Positions 62,665 to 64,000 of a stretch of DNA of 64,000 bases are shown here, one piece after another. Below the pieces are notes generated by a model. That model saw only the letters and a program-made list of their open reading frames with translations. It was not told the DNA's origin and made no database searches. The DNA comes from Vicugna vicugna (taxonomy: Eukaryota). Made by a program: the position numbers and the translations under genes. Location: NCBI GenBank assembly GCA_013265495.1, contig MU058463.1, positions 2,255,523 to 2,319,522 of the forward strand, read 5' to 3'. How positions within the stretch are numbered: the stretch's first letter is position 1; every line of letters begins with the position of its first letter.

Positions 62665-63860
62665 CACTCACTTAAATTTTATTAAGTGCCTACTATGTAC
62701 TTCGGGAGGCGTTGGGGCTAGAGCTTTTAAATTTCAAAGCAAGTAAATAAGATAACTTCAGGTAGTAAGAGTAATGATGGTTGTATAATAGAAGATCATG
62801 CAAAAGAGTCGTTAGAATGTCACTCACTTCAGAGGAGGTGACATTTGAGCAACACTGAAGGAGGAGAAGGAACTATCTGTGTGAAAGTCTGGAGAAATAA
62901 TGTTCCTTTTAGAAGGAACAGCAAGCAAGTGCAAAGGCCATGTAGCAGAAATGATCCTGGTGTGTTCCAGGAAGAGAAAGAAAGCAGTTGTGGCTGCAGA
63001 GAAACCTTACAATGAGGGAGAGAATGGCAGGATATGAAGTTGGAGAAGTAGGCAGAGGCCTGTCATGCAGGATCTTCTAGGCCATGGTGAAGAGCTAGGA
63101 TTTTGTTTGAAATATAATGGGAAGACATTAGATGATGTAAAGCAGACAAGGACTGATTTGTGATTTTGTTTTAACCCTGCCTGCTTTGTGGAGTTCAAAG
63201 GGGCAAGACTAGAAGTAAGGAGACCATTTTGAAGGGTGTTATAGGCAGAGATGTAGATAGTTTGCATTAGGGTGATAGTGGAGATGGTACTAAATATGTT
63301 TTATAAGTAGATGGGCTGGAACTAGGTGATGGATTGGACATGGGAGATAAGGCTAAGGGAAATCAATGGCGATGACTAAGAAGTTGGCCTAAGCAGCTGG
63401 ATCGGTGATGGTAGAGAAGGCTTGGAGAGAGCAGGTTGAAGGGAGGAGAGTAGGATGGTTGATTTTGATGATCAAGGTGTTTTGTTATACATCTAAGTGA
63501 GATATCAAATAGGTAGGTGGGTTTGAATTTAGAACTGAAGCCAAAACTAGAAATATTTGGAGTCATACAGATAGTATTTAAAGCCTTGGATTGGGGGAGA
63601 TTTCTGAGGAAGAATGTAAATAGGGAAGAGAAGAGGGGTCGAGGTCTGAGGTAGGAAGAAGATTGGGATAGATGTCACTAAAGAAGCAAATGTATGACAA
63701 AGAAGGTGGATTGTCAGCTTGATGGGATGCTGCGTAACGGATGAAGGAGGTGGTGGCAGATAAGTGGCCCCTGTTTGGTAAAGTAAAAATCATTGGTGGA
63801 TTTAGTAAAAAGTTTCACTGGAGAGGGGTGGTGCAGATAGAAGCCGTATTTCAGTGGATT
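62665..63860 (-). mobile_element. L2 element in RBM26 intron 1 (MIR follows at ~63880-64000)
   Basis: ATTAAGTGCCTACTATGT...GAGGAGGTGACATTTGAGC...GGAACAGCAAG..TGCAAAGGCC...GTATTTAAAGCC. Confidence 0.75.
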
Positions 63861-64000
63861 GAAGCAGTGGATTGGGCAACAGTGTAGTGTAGTGATTTAG
63901 AGGGGGCCTCTGGAGTCAGAATGGCTGGCTTTGGATTCTACCTCTGCCACTTACCAGCTATATACTGGGTAAATTACTTAGCTCAGTGCCTCTGCTTCCT

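Overview
Mammalian genomic DNA, very probably camelid (camel/alpaca), judged from three copies of a tRNA-Ala-derived SINE resembling camelid Vic-1. The window spans the head-to-head NDFIP2 / RBM26 interval. It holds NDFIP2 coding exon 1 and the start of intron 1 on the minus strand (CDS 6594->6274, CpG island), about 55 kb of repeat-rich intergenic DNA, and RBM26 coding exon 1 on the plus strand (CDS 61772-61842, CpG island). An RPL23A processed pseudogene lies in NDFIP2 intron 1. Nearly all other ORFs in the track are spurious. I found no novel multi-gene system. The best leads are: (i) a CpG-retaining minus-strand micro-exon about 21 kb upstream of NDFIP2 (ATG...MQRSGAAILLAR|GTAAGT, phase 0 like NDFIP2 intron 1), next to a dense ETS/AP-1/kB/NFAT/KLF motif cluster, a candidate alternative NDFIP2 first exon; (ii) a 25-nt tailless U6 retrocopy with a perfect 16-bp TSD; (iii) a young class-II-like solo LTR with a 6-bp TSD nested in an older LTR; (iv) an L1 fragment and the RPL23A retrocopy abutting the same target-site sequence. 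Repeat family names are from recall of consensus sequences, not from a search, and boundaries of old repeats are approximate.
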